A stretch of 64,000 bases of DNA from Acutalibacteraceae bacterium (GTDB lineage: Bacteria; Bacillota; Clostridia; Oscillospirales; Acutalibacteraceae): the NCBI GenBank assembly GCA_045587685.1, contig JAZNCS010000051.1, forward strand, positions 17,149-81,148. Reading direction: 5' to 3'. Shown here piece by piece: positions 28,445 through 38,026 of the stretch (its first letter is position 1; every line of letters starts with the position of its first letter). Both the position numbers and the translations under genes were made by a program. The notes beneath the pieces are model-generated. The model saw only the letters and a list, made by a program, of their open reading frames with translations, was not told the origin of the DNA and made no database searches.

Positions 28445-29772
28445 ATTTAGAGGAATTAAAAAACCTATTACGTGAAGGTGGCGTTGTAGGTGCTGGCGGT
28501 GCAGGATTTCCTACATACGCAAAGCTTGACAAACGTGCCGACACTATTATTCTAAACTGTGCGGAATGTGAACCGCTTTTGAAACTTCACCGTCAGGTGT
28601 TAGAGCGTTACACTGATGATATTTTATCCGCATTAGATTTAATTGCGAAAACAATAGGAGCAAAGAATGTAATCATTGGCATTAAAAAGGCTTATAAAAG
28701 AACCTTTAATGCCGTTGAAAGCCAACTTGACTCCTTTGATAATATGAAAATACACGCTTTGCCGGAGGTTTACCCTGCCGGTGATGAAGTTGTGCTTATT
28801 TATGAAGCAACCAAACGTGTAGTTCCACCCGGAAAGTTACCAATTGATGTTGGTGTTACAGTTTTTAATGTTGAAACTGTTTACAACCTTTCTAAACTTC
28901 TTGGTGGTCACCCCGTTACACACAAATTTGTTAGCGTTGTTGGTGAGGTTGCGAGCCCCGTTACATTAAATGTACCTATAGGTACACCCGTTTCAAGATT
29001 AATTGAACTCGCGGGTGGCGCTACTACCGAAGAACCCGTTTTAATAATGGGCGGTCCTATGACTGGTAATATCGGAAGCGAATACCAAACGGTTACAAAA
29101 ACCACAAATGCAGTTATTGTTTTACCTGCATCACATACATTAGTTAAAAAGAAACAAAGCAAAACTACTATTGATATTAAACGTGCTATGGCTGCTTGTT
29201 GCCAATGTGACTATTGCACAAGCCTTTGCCCTCGCAATCTTTTAGGACATCCGATTGAACCTGGCAAATTTATGCTTTACGCTTCAAATAATTTTACTAA
29301 GGATGCTTCACCATACGTTAATTCATTGTTCTGCTGCAGTTGCGGACTTTGCGAACTTTATTCTTGTGGCCAAGGACTTCATCCACGTTCTTTGTTAGAT
29401 TCTTGTAAGTCAGGGCTTCGCTCAAACGGTGTTCGCCCACCGCAAGATGCTGAACAAAAGTCAGTTAACCCTTCAAGAGAAAGACGTTTGGTTCCTATGA
29501 GCCGTTTAATTGCAAGACTCGGTCTTGTTGCTTATAATAAACCCGCTCCGCTTAAAAGTGCGCCTGTTACTGCTACAAGCGTTAAAATACCTTTATCACA
29601 ACATATCGGAGCACCTGCTATACCTGTCGTAGCAGTTGGCGACCTTGTAAAAGAAGGTCAAGTTATAGCCGCTGCCGCAGATAAAGCATTAAGTGTAAAT
29701 ATTCACTCTTCTATCAAGGGTGAAATCACAAAGATTTCAGACAAATTTATTACTATTGAAGTTAGAAATTAA
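28441..29772 (+). CDS. PduS-like flavin/Fe-S oxidoreductase (RnfC/NuoF-like fold)
   Basis: GAGGAGFPT, CCQCDYCTSLCP, CCSCGLCELYSC. Confidence 0.8.
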   Translation: MNLEELKNLLREGGVVGAGGAGFPTYAKLDKRADTIILNCAECEPLLKLHRQVLERYTDDILSALDLIAKTIGAKNVIIGIKKAYKRTFNAVESQLDSFDNMKIHALPEVYPAGDEVVLIYEATKRVVPPGKLPIDVGVTVFNVETVYNLSKLLGGHPVTHKFVSVVGEVASPVTLNVPIGTPVSRLIELAGGATTEEPVLIMGGPMTGNIGSEYQTVTKTTNAVIVLPASHTLVKKKQSKTTIDIKRAMAACCQCDYCTSLCPRNLLGHPIEPGKFMLYASNNFTKDASPYVNSLFCCSCGLCELYSCGQGLHPRSLLDSCKSGLRSNGVRPPQDAEQKSVNPSRERRLVPMSRLIARLGLVAYNKPAPLKSAPVTATSVKIPLSQHIGAPAIPVVAVGDLVKEGQVIAAAADKALSVNIHSSIKGEITKISDKFITIEVRN

Positions 29773-29793
29773 TTCTAATTAGGAGGATTCACA

Positions 29794-30342
29794 GTGCGAA
29801 AAGCAATTGGAATGGTTGAATTTAAAACTGTATCTTCGGGTATTAAAGCCGCAGATGTTATGGTTAAAACCGCCGAAGTTGATATTATCGAAGCAAATAC
29901 TGTTTGCCCCGGTAAATATATTGTACTTATTAGTGGCGAGTTAAGTGCCGTTAGAGCATCTGTAGAAGCTGCGTACACAAATAATCCCGATGCATTGATT
30001 GATAAATTTGTTTTAGGTAACCCACACGAATCAATATTTGATGCACTTTACGGTTCAACCAATATTGAAGCTCCTAACGCTTTAGGCGTTTTGGAAACCT
30101 TCTCTTCTTCAGCTGCTATTGTTGCTGCTGATATTGCCGCAAAAACCGCTATGGTTGATTTAATAGAGCTTCGTTTAGCGCGTGGTATGTGCGGTAAATC
30201 TTACTTGCTTCTCACAGGTGAAATTGCTGCAGTTGAGGCTGCTATTGAAAGAGCAACCCAAGGTGCCGGTGAAAACGGAATGTTCCTTGACAGTGCTGTT
30301 ATTCCTCACCCTGACGAGAAAAGTTGGCAAAGTATTCTTTAA
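29794..30342 (+). CDS. PduT-like tandem-BMC-domain shell protein (BMC-T)
   Basis: Two BMC repeats. GTG start with an AGGAGG RBS. Cys38 in ..NTVCPGKY.. is at the position of the PduT [4Fe-4S] ligand. Confidence 0.8.
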   Translation: MRKAIGMVEFKTVSSGIKAADVMVKTAEVDIIEANTVCPGKYIVLISGELSAVRASVEAAYTNNPDALIDKFVLGNPHESIFDALYGSTNIEAPNALGVLETFSSSAAIVAADIAAKTAMVDLIELRLARGMCGKSYLLLTGEIAAVEAAIERATQGAGENGMFLDSAVIPHPDEKSWQSIL

Positions 30343-30385
30343 TATTGCCGTTTAAAACATAAAATATTTAAAAGGATGTGTCCTT

Positions 30386-31144
30386 ATGCTCGCTATTGAA
30401 AGGCGAAACGCCATCCTCACAAAGCTTACTATGGAAGGTAAAGTTATAGTTGCTGATTTAAGTCAGGAATTTGATGTTACCGAAGAAACCATTCGCCGCG
30501 ATTTAGAAAAGCTTGATAAGGAAGGACTTGCTAAAAAAACCTACGGCGGTGCGGTAGCAAATCAAAACCTTAATACCGACCTTCCCTATAGCGTTCGCAA
30601 ACGCTCAAATGTTGAGTTAAAACAACATATTGCTGAAAAAATAGGTGATATGATTCACGATGGCGATTATATTATGCTTGACGCTAGTTCAACCGCTATC
30701 TTTGTTACAAAATATATTAAAAACCGCAAAAATATAACCCTTATTACAAACTCGGTTGAAATTCTTTTAGAACTTGCCGATAAGGAAGATTGGAACATAC
30801 TTTCAACAGGCGGAAATCTTAAAAAAGGCGCTTTATCATTGGTTGGCGATTGCGCTAAAAAAATGATTAACGGTTTCCACGTAGATTTAGCCGTGTGTTC
30901 TTCAAAGGGTATTGATATTTCAAATGGTATTACCGATTCTAACGAGCGTGATTCCCTTATAAAACGGGCAATCTTCGCTGCGGCAGAAAAGAAAATACTC
31001 GCTATTGACAGCACAAAGTTCGATAAAATTTCTTTTGTTAAGGTTTGCGATTTTGATGCTATTGATACCATTGTTACTGATAGTGAACCAACTAAAGAAT
31101 GGGTTGACTTTTTAAATAAAAAAGAAGTTGAACTGATTTTTTAA
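30386..31144 (+). CDS. DeoR family transcriptional regulator
   Basis: HTH ..VADLSQEFDVTEETIRRDLEKL.. plus a sugar-phosphate-binding C-terminal domain. Confidence 0.85.
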   Translation: MLAIERRNAILTKLTMEGKVIVADLSQEFDVTEETIRRDLEKLDKEGLAKKTYGGAVANQNLNTDLPYSVRKRSNVELKQHIAEKIGDMIHDGDYIMLDASSTAIFVTKYIKNRKNITLITNSVEILLELADKEDWNILSTGGNLKKGALSLVGDCAKKMINGFHVDLAVCSSKGIDISNGITDSNERDSLIKRAIFAAAEKKILAIDSTKFDKISFVKVCDFDAIDTIVTDSEPTKEWVDFLNKKEVELIF

Positions 31145-31207
31145 AATAAAAAACATTAAAATCAAATAAGGTTTTGTACCTTCAAATTTATAAGGAGTGA
31201 AAAACAA

Positions 31208-32653
31208 ATGGCAACAACAATTTCTGAAGCTGAAATTCGTCAGGTAGTTAGTCAAGTTTTAAATAAAATGCAAGATGCACCAACTAACAGTTGGGATTCC
31301 ACACAATACGGTGGACGCAAACTTATCGGTGTATTTGATGATATGAACGATGCTATTGCAGCTGCAAGCAAAGGCTATCAAGCTGTTCGTGCTATGTCGG
31401 TTGAAGAACGTGAAAAAATCATAACCGAAATTCGCCGCTTAACACGTGAGGAAGCTCCAATTATGGCTAAACTCGGCGTTGCTGAAACAGGTATGGGTAA
31501 GGTTGAGCATAAACGCTTAAAGCACCTTTTGGTTGCTGACAAAACCCCCGGTACCGAAGATATTATTTCAGCCGCAAAAACAGGCGATAATGGTCTTACA
31601 TTAGTTGAAATGGCACCATTTGGTGTTGTTGGTGCAATCACACCAAGTACCAACCCAAGTGAAACTGTTATTTGTAACAGTATTGGTATGATAGCTGCAG
31701 GTAACGGCGTTGTATTCAACCCACACCCAAATGCTATTGCTACTTCTAACTATGCAGTTGACCTTGTAAACCGTGCTTGTAAAGCAATGGGCGGTCCTGA
31801 CATTTTGGTTTGCTCTATGAAGAAGCCAACCTTAGAATCTGCTTCTATAATGCAATCTCATCCTGCTATTCGTTTATTAGTTTGCACAGGTGGTCCTGGC
31901 GTTGTTCGCGCAGTTCTTTCTTCAGGTAAGAAGGCAATCGGCGCAGGTGCAGGTAACCCTCCTGTTATCGTTGACGATACTGCAGACATCGCAAAAGCAG
32001 GTAAAGATATTATTGATGGTTGCACATTTGATAACAACTTACCTTGTATTGCTGAAAAAGAAGTTTTTGCTTTCCGTAATATTGCTGATGAGCTTATTTC
32101 AAATATGCTTAAAAACGGTGCTTACTTAATCAACGCTGAACAAGCTGACCGCTTAGCTAAGGTTGTTCTTGTTGAAAAGACCGATAAAAACGGTAAGGTT
32201 AAGAAAATCGTTAACCGCGACTGCGTTGGCCGCGATGCTGATGTTTTACTTGCAAAAATCGGCGTTCAAGTTAGCAAAGATATCCGTTGTATTATCTGCG
32301 AAACCGGATTTGACCACGAATTTGTTCAAGAAGAACTTATGATGCCAATATTACCTATCGTTCGCGTTGATAATATTGATGAAGCTATTGAATTAGCTGT
32401 TAAGGCTGAACACGGTAACCGCCACACTGCACATATGCACTCTAAAAACATTGACAACCTTTCTCGCTTTGCTAAAGCGGTTGAAACTACTATCTTTGTT
32501 AAGAATGCTCCTTCTTATGCAGGTATCGGTTTTGGAGGCGAAGGTCACGCAACCTTCACAATCGCAGGTCCTACAGGCGAAGGTATCACCTGTGCTCGTA
32601 GCTTTACACGTCAACGCCGTTGTGTAATGGCTGACAGTTTCCGTATTATTTAA
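31208..32653 (+). CDS. CoA-acylating aldehyde dehydrogenase (PduP/EutE family)
   Basis: 481 aa. ..TPSTNP.., catalytic Cys in the DNNLPCIAEKE context. Confidence 0.9.
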   Translation: MATTISEAEIRQVVSQVLNKMQDAPTNSWDSTQYGGRKLIGVFDDMNDAIAAASKGYQAVRAMSVEEREKIITEIRRLTREEAPIMAKLGVAETGMGKVEHKRLKHLLVADKTPGTEDIISAAKTGDNGLTLVEMAPFGVVGAITPSTNPSETVICNSIGMIAAGNGVVFNPHPNAIATSNYAVDLVNRACKAMGGPDILVCSMKKPTLESASIMQSHPAIRLLVCTGGPGVVRAVLSSGKKAIGAGAGNPPVIVDDTADIAKAGKDIIDGCTFDNNLPCIAEKEVFAFRNIADELISNMLKNGAYLINAEQADRLAKVVLVEKTDKNGKVKKIVNRDCVGRDADVLLAKIGVQVSKDIRCIICETGFDHEFVQEELMMPILPIVRVDNIDEAIELAVKAEHGNRHTAHMHSKNIDNLSRFAKAVETTIFVKNAPSYAGIGFGGEGHATFTIAGPTGEGITCARSFTRQRRCVMADSFRII

Positions 32654-32672
32654 TTGATTGGAGTTTTTTACT

Positions 32673-33317
32673 ATGGCTTATGATTCTAAATTAGTTGCCG
32701 AAGTGGTTGAACGTGTTATGGCTGAATACGGCAAAACCTCATCTAACAATATGGTTCCCGTTGGTGTTTCAAACCGCCACATTCACTTAAGCACTGCTGA
32801 CCTTGAAACTCTTTTCGGAAAAGGTTACGAACTCACCCCTATTAAAGATTTGTCTCAACCGGGTCAATTCGCTTGTAAAGAAGTTCTTACTATTGTTGGT
32901 CCTTCTCTTCGCCCTATTGAAAACGTAAGAGTTTTAGGTCCTGTTCGTAAAGCTTCACAGGTTGAAATTTCCCGTACCGACTCTTTTGTATTAAAGGTTA
33001 AACCTCCTGTTCGCGAATCAGGTGATATTGCAGGTTCTGCTCCAATTACTATTATTGGACCAAAAGGTACTGTAACATTAAAAGAAGGTTGCATTATTGC
33101 TAACCGCCATATCCATATGAGCGAAGAAGAAGGCGCTGCTTTCGGTATTAAAGATGGTGCTTATGTAACCGTTGATGTTGAGGGTGCGAGACGCACTACT
33201 TTCTACGACGTTCAAGTTAGAGTTAATAAGGCATTCCGTTTGGAAATGCATATTGATACTGACGATGCTAATGCCGCAGGTATTGGTAACGGTGCTAAAG
33301 TAAAGGTTATAAAATAA
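32673..33317 (+). CDS. pduL: phosphate propanoyltransferase PduL
   Basis: Duplicated VSNRHIHLS / IANRHIHMS motifs. Start trimmed to the ATG with a GGAG RBS. Confidence 0.85.
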   Translation: MAYDSKLVAEVVERVMAEYGKTSSNNMVPVGVSNRHIHLSTADLETLFGKGYELTPIKDLSQPGQFACKEVLTIVGPSLRPIENVRVLGPVRKASQVEISRTDSFVLKVKPPVRESGDIAGSAPITIIGPKGTVTLKEGCIIANRHIHMSEEEGAAFGIKDGAYVTVDVEGARRTTFYDVQVRVNKAFRLEMHIDTDDANAAGIGNGAKVKVIK

Positions 33318-33322
33318 TTTTA

Positions 33323-33356
33323 AACCCCGTATTTTAAAATACGGGGTTAATTTTTT
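33323..33356 (+). terminator. intrinsic terminator ending the BMC locus
   Basis: AACCCCGTATTTT/AAAATACGGGGTT plus T-run. Confidence 0.8.
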
Positions 33357-33437
33357 ATGAATAAATATTGTAAACTATTGGAAAAATTAAAATAATATGG
33401 TATACTAATTATATTCTTATTATATGGAGGATTTTAA

Positions 33438-36050
33438 ATGATTGCTCATTCTACTGATGCAAAAGAAGTTATTAAAACCCTTTCTACCGACCAAAGCACA
33501 GGTCTTTCAAGCAAAGAAGCCGGTGTTCGTTTAGAAAAATATGGTGCTAATAAACTTCGCGAAAAGAAAAAGAAAACTAATTTTCAACGCTTTATTGACC
33601 AATTTAAAGATGCAATGATTTTAATACTTATTGCAGCAGCTATTGTTTCTTTTACTGTAATTTGTGTTGAAAAAAATTGGGGCGAATTGTTTGAACCCGC
33701 TTTAATTCTTCTTATTGTTATATTAAACGCCGTTATGGGTGTTTACCAAGAAGGTAAAGCCGAAAAGGCACTTGATGCGCTTAAGAATATGTCCGCGCCA
33801 CACGCAAGGGTTATTCGTGACGGTGTTGAAAAAATAATCGATGCGTCTGAACTTGTTCCCGGTGATATCATTCGCCTTGAAGCCGGTGATTTTATCCCTG
33901 CTGATGCTAGACTTTTGCAAAGCGCAAGTTTAAAATCCGAAGAATCCGCCCTTACGGGTGAATCGGTTCCTTCTGAAAAAGATTATTTGGCTAATGTAAA
34001 AGAAGATGCGCCTATTGGCGACCGTACAAATATGGTATTCTCAGGTTGTTCAGTTACCTATGGTACTGCTGTAGCTGTTGTTACTGCTACAGGTATGGAT
34101 ACCGAAATGGGTAAAATCGCTAATTTGCTTGATAATGAAAGCGAAACCCAAACCCCTCTCCAACAAAAACTTGCCCAACTTGGTAAATATCTTGGTATTA
34201 TGGCTATTGCCGCTTGTGCTATTATATTTATAGTTGGTATTGCTAATAAAATCCCTGTTTTAGAAATATTTATGACATCAATTTCTCTTGCCGTATCGGC
34301 TATTCCTGAAGGCCTTCCTGCTATTGTAACGGTTGTGCTTTCTATTGGTGTTCAACGTATGGTTAAGAAAAACGCGCTTATTCGTAAACTCCCTGCAGTT
34401 GAGACTTTAGGTGGCGCTTCGGTTATTTGTTCGGATAAAACGGGTACTTTGACCCAAAACCGTATGACACTTACAAAGGCTTACGTTGACGGTGGCGAAA
34501 TTGAACTTATAAGCAATAATAATAGCGAACAAATAAAACAACTTTTAAATTACGGTACACTTTGTTCAGATGGCTCGGTAGTATTTAATGGTACTGAAGA
34601 ACAGCACATTGGCGACCCTACCGAAACTGCTATTGTTTTAGCCGCATATAAAAACGGTAGCACTAAAGAAGACCTTAATAATAAATATCCTCGAATTTTT
34701 GAAATTCCTTTTGACTCTGACCGTAAGTTGATGTCAACAGTTAATAAAATTGATGGCAAAACAATAGTTATTGTTAAGGGCGCTTTTGATATGATGGCTG
34801 AACGTTGTATTAAAGGTGACCTTGAAAAAGCAAAAGTTATTACCGAAAGTATGAGTAATGATGCGCTTCGTGTTTTGGCTATTGCTTATAAAGAAATTGA
34901 TGCTTTGCCCGAAAACGCTACAAGCGAAACCCTTGAAGACGGACTTACCTTTATGGGTCTTGTTGGTATGATTGACCCACCCCGCCCCGAAGCAAAGGCA
35001 GCTGTTGCTATTTGCCGAAAGGCTGGTATTAAACCTATTATGATTACAGGCGACCATATTGTTACTGCTTCCGCTATTGCGCGTGAATTAGGCATTTTAT
35101 TAGAGGGTGACCTTGCTATTACAGGTACCCAACTTGATAATATGACCGATAGTGAACTTGATAGTAAGGTTGAAAACATAAGCGTTTATGCGCGTGTTTC
35201 ACCTGAAAATAAAATCCGTATAGTTAAGGCTTGGCAAAGAAAAGGTCAAGTAGTTTCTATGACAGGTGACGGTGTTAACGATGCTCCTGCCCTTAAAGCT
35301 GCTGACATTGGTTGCGCTATGGGTATAACCGGTACTGATGTTGCTAAAGGCGCCGCTGATATGACCCTTACTGACGATAACTTTGCTACAATAGTTGACG
35401 CTGTTAAAGAAGGTAGAGGTATTTACGCTAACATTAAAAAAGTTGTTGGCTTCTTATTAGGAACAAATATCGGTGAAGTTATAACCGTTTTTGTGGCTAT
35501 GCTTTTATGGCACAAAACCCCACTTCTTTCTATGCAACTTTTGATGATTAACCTTGTAACCGACTCGCTACCCGCTATTGCGCTCGGTATGGAAGCGGTT
35601 GAAAAAGATGTTATGGACAAAAAACCTAAACCTAAAAATGAAAGTATTTTCGCTAACGGTTTTGGTGTGCGTATGGTTTTACAAGGCTTTATGTTTGCCC
35701 TTTTAACCCTTATTGCTTTCTATGTCGGTGAAAAATCTACAGGCACACTTGAGGGTGGTCAAACAATGGCTTTTGCAGTTTTAGCATTAAGCCAAGTAGT
35801 TCAAGCATTTAATATGCGTTCTGAACATTCACTATTTAAAATCGGTTTCTTTACAAACCGCAACTTAAATTTAGCCGCTCTCGCTTCTACCGCTTTGGTA
35901 CTTTTGGTATTATTTACACCTTTGCGCGTGATTTTCGAACTCACCACTTTGAACCTAAAACTTTATTTAATAACATTAGGCCTTATATTAGTACCTCTTG
36001 TAGTTATGGAAATTTCAAAAGCCTTAGGATTAATTAAGCATAAAGGATAA
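33438..36050 (+). CDS. P-type Ca2+-transporting ATPase (P2A/PMCA-like)
   Basis: 870 aa. [26 protein letters not shown]. Confidence 0.9.
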   Translation: MIAHSTDAKEVIKTLSTDQSTGLSSKEAGVRLEKYGANKLREKKKKTNFQRFIDQFKDAMILILIAAAIVSFTVICVEKNWGELFEPALILLIVILNAVMGVYQEGKAEKALDALKNMSAPHARVIRDGVEKIIDASELVPGDIIRLEAGDFIPADARLLQSASLKSEESALTGESVPSEKDYLANVKEDAPIGDRTNMVFSGCSVTYGTAVAVVTATGMDTEMGKIANLLDNESETQTPLQQKLAQLGKYLGIMAIAACAIIFIVGIANKIPVLEIFMTSISLAVSAIPEGLPAIVTVVLSIGVQRMVKKNALIRKLPAVETLGGASVICSDKTGTLTQNRMTLTKAYVDGGEIELISNNNSEQIKQLLNYGTLCSDGSVVFNGTEEQHIGDPTETAIVLAAYKNGSTKEDLNNKYPRIFEIPFDSDRKLMSTVNKIDGKTIVIVKGAFDMMAERCIKGDLEKAKVITESMSNDALRVLAIAYKEIDALPENATSETLEDGLTFMGLVGMIDPPRPEAKAAVAICRKAGIKPIMITGDHIVTASAIARELGILLEGDLAITGTQLDNMTDSELDSKVENISVYARVSPENKIRIVKAWQRKGQVVSMTGDGVNDAPALKAADIGCAMGITGTDVAKGAADMTLTDDNFATIVDAVKEGRGIYANIKKVVGFLLGTNIGEVITVFVAMLLWHKTPLLSMQLLMINLVTDSLPAIALGMEAVEKDVMDKKPKPKNESIFANGFGVRMVLQGFMFALLTLIAFYVGEKSTGTLEGGQTMAFAVLALSQVVQAFNMRSEHSLFKIGFFTNRNLNLAALASTALVLLVLFTPLRVIFELTTLNLKLYLITLGLILVPLVVMEISKALGLIKHKG

Positions 36051-36091
36051 ACAAAAAGTGAAGTTAAGTCTGCCAAAAGGCACACTTAGTT

Positions 36092-36128
36092 AAAAAGGCA
36101 CTAATCGTATAACGATTAGTGCTTTTTT
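36092..36128 (+). terminator. intrinsic terminator after the ATPase gene
   Basis: GCACTAATCGT-ATA-ACGATTAGTGC plus TTTTTT. Confidence 0.8.
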
Positions 36129-36273
36129 GTGAAAGGGCTACGAAAAGGATACAAAATTGAAAGCGGATGAGTAAAGTCAAAAACGGATGATTTTTCACCC
36201 AAGCGGATTCAAATTTAATGATAGGTTGATTTTATAGTCTACAGACGCGTAGATTTCAAAAACAATATTGTTA

Positions 36274-37215
36274 CTATGGTGATACAATCTCCTGCCCCAC
36301 TTCATATAATTTTTGTTCTTGACTCTCCATCATACTAAGTTGATTTACTGTATCCTGCATTATTATTGTAGCTACAAAAGGTATAAATATTGCTAATACC
36401 AAGCACAAGGTTGCCATATTTGAATTGCGATTCTTGCTTTGACAAATACTATCAATTCTTTGCCCGTGTTTGTAAAACCAAAATATTTGATAAAATGGAA
36501 CAAATATGCAAAGCAACAATTTGCTTGTAGGATTATAATATTCACTATTAGGAGCCTTGTTGAGATATGTAGTAATTCGATAAATCCATATCAACGGCCA
36601 AATACCGCAGGTAAATATGGATAGAAAAATATGCTTTGCCATCGAACAATATGCATCACCATAGTCAACATCTTTATAAGGATTTATAAGCCAATTAACA
36701 AGGGAAATAAAAGTAAATATGTGTAACAAGGAAAAAATCAATACTCCGATGGCCGTTGAAAACAGCAAAATTATATCACTCCAATAAATAGTACTCATAA
36801 ATGGAGCTACTAAAAAAAGAATTAAAGCTATCCTATTCAACATTTTATAATGCTTTTTAACTTTGCTCAAATCGATTTTAATCAGCGATTGATCACTGAA
36901 GGCTATTGCGAGAAGTAATACAAGACAATAAGCAACTGCATTAAATAGCACATTGATATTCAAATTTGTAATATGTACAACAAAGCTTATTAAACTTTTG
37001 AGAGCATATGCGGCTATTGCAAATATCAAAATATTATCTTTTTTCTTTTTAAAAAGAATAATACACAAGAATATATCGAGTGGAATCGATAGCATAATAA
37101 GTGGGTTACTTGCCAGTCCTATAGGAGACATTGCAATAAATGACACTATATCTAGTATAGTGTGCAATAATGATAGAATTGCAGCAATCGGGGTTCGAAG
37201 TTTTTGTGTGCTCAT
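36274..37215 (-). CDS. polytopic membrane protein with a C-terminal DUF4234-like domain
   Basis: Start trimmed to MSTQKLRTP (AAGGAG RBS). About 8 predicted helices. C-terminal ..FTCGIWPLIWIYR...FVPFYQIFWFYKHGQRI. Confidence 0.55.
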   Translation of the reverse strand: MSTQKLRTPIAAILSLLHTILDIVSFIAMSPIGLASNPLIMLSIPLDIFLCIILFKKKKDNILIFAIAAYALKSLISFVVHITNLNINVLFNAVAYCLVLLLAIAFSDQSLIKIDLSKVKKHYKMLNRIALILFLVAPFMSTIYWSDIILLFSTAIGVLIFSLLHIFTFISLVNWLINPYKDVDYGDAYCSMAKHIFLSIFTCGIWPLIWIYRITTYLNKAPNSEYYNPTSKLLLCIFVPFYQIFWFYKHGQRIDSICQSKNRNSNMATLCLVLAIFIPFVATIIMQDTVNQLSMMESQEQKLYEVGQEIVSP

Positions 37216-37580
37216 AATGATTTTAACTCCTTGAAAATTTGATAAATAAAAAGTGCGGCTACCGAAGTAAACCGCACTAAAAACGCAAACTCCGATAGTC
37301 GCCAAACCAACTGATATAGCAAGAACTATACCTAATTATCGCCATACTCAGTAGGAATTTGCATTTTTAACAAACTCATAATAAGTATGACTAAAAAAGG
37401 GTACAACTATCCCATAAAGATAAAAATAGCCCTTGCTAAAAATATTCAGTTGGTTTGGCATAATCAGTATAGCACTATTTTGGAGAAAAATCAATACAAA
37501 TTGGAATAAAAAATGAAAAACTTCAATTTTAACGATCACTCACAAAATTAACGATATACCGTAGTTTTAACGAAAGTAAA

Positions 37581-37632
37581 AAGAACCCATCCACCGAAGG
37601 TGCGAACACCTCCGAGAGATAGGTTCTTAAAT
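37581..37632 (-). terminator. branched terminator after the four-helix-bundle gene
   Basis: Minus strand AAGAACC...GGTTCTT plus TTTT, enclosing GGAGGTG-TTCG-CACCTTC. Confidence 0.5.
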
Positions 37633-37636
37633 TGTA

Positions 37637-37981
37637 TTAAGTATTCTCTTTTAATGTTTTACAACTTGAAATCAGCATTCGTCTAATTCGCCCGCAAAGA
37701 TTGCGATATGTCTTGAAAGTTTCTTCGTCTATAGCGTTAGTGTTAAACAATAGCTTTAACCAGCCTTCTGTTTCACTACATTCTTTGAGAGCAATTTCAA
37801 ACTTTGAAACCATATCCGATTTGCTCTGTCCGTAATTCGCTTCACGAATATTCGCATAAATACTGCTTGAGCTTTTACGAATTTGGAAGAAGGTGTTTGA
37901 CGGAGCTTTTATGTTTTGGCAAAGCAGTTCTATTTCTGTTGCAAGTTGTTCGGAATATATGAGCAAATAATTCTTTGGCAT
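37637..37981 (-). CDS. four-helix-bundle protein (TIGR02436; 23S rRNA intervening-sequence protein / Avd-like family)
   Basis: 114 aa. ..QIRKSSSSIYANIREANYGQSKSDMVSKFEIALKECSETEGWLKLL.. Own extended -10 promoter (TGATATAAT) and AGAGGTGA RBS. Confidence 0.75.
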   Translation of the reverse strand: MPKNYLLIYSEQLATEIELLCQNIKAPSNTFFQIRKSSSSIYANIREANYGQSKSDMVSKFEIALKECSETEGWLKLLFNTNAIDEETFKTYRNLCGRIRRMLISSCKTLKENT

Positions 37982-38026
37982 AATATCACCTCTTTGAGTG
38001 TATTATATCACATTCTAACAAAAAAT

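Noticed and set aside
37348-37539. 63 aa minus-strand ORF in the DUF4234 leader
   Set aside because: Phe/Leu/Ile-rich translation of AT-rich DNA, with no RBS. It lies between the arms of the 14 bp inverted repeat.
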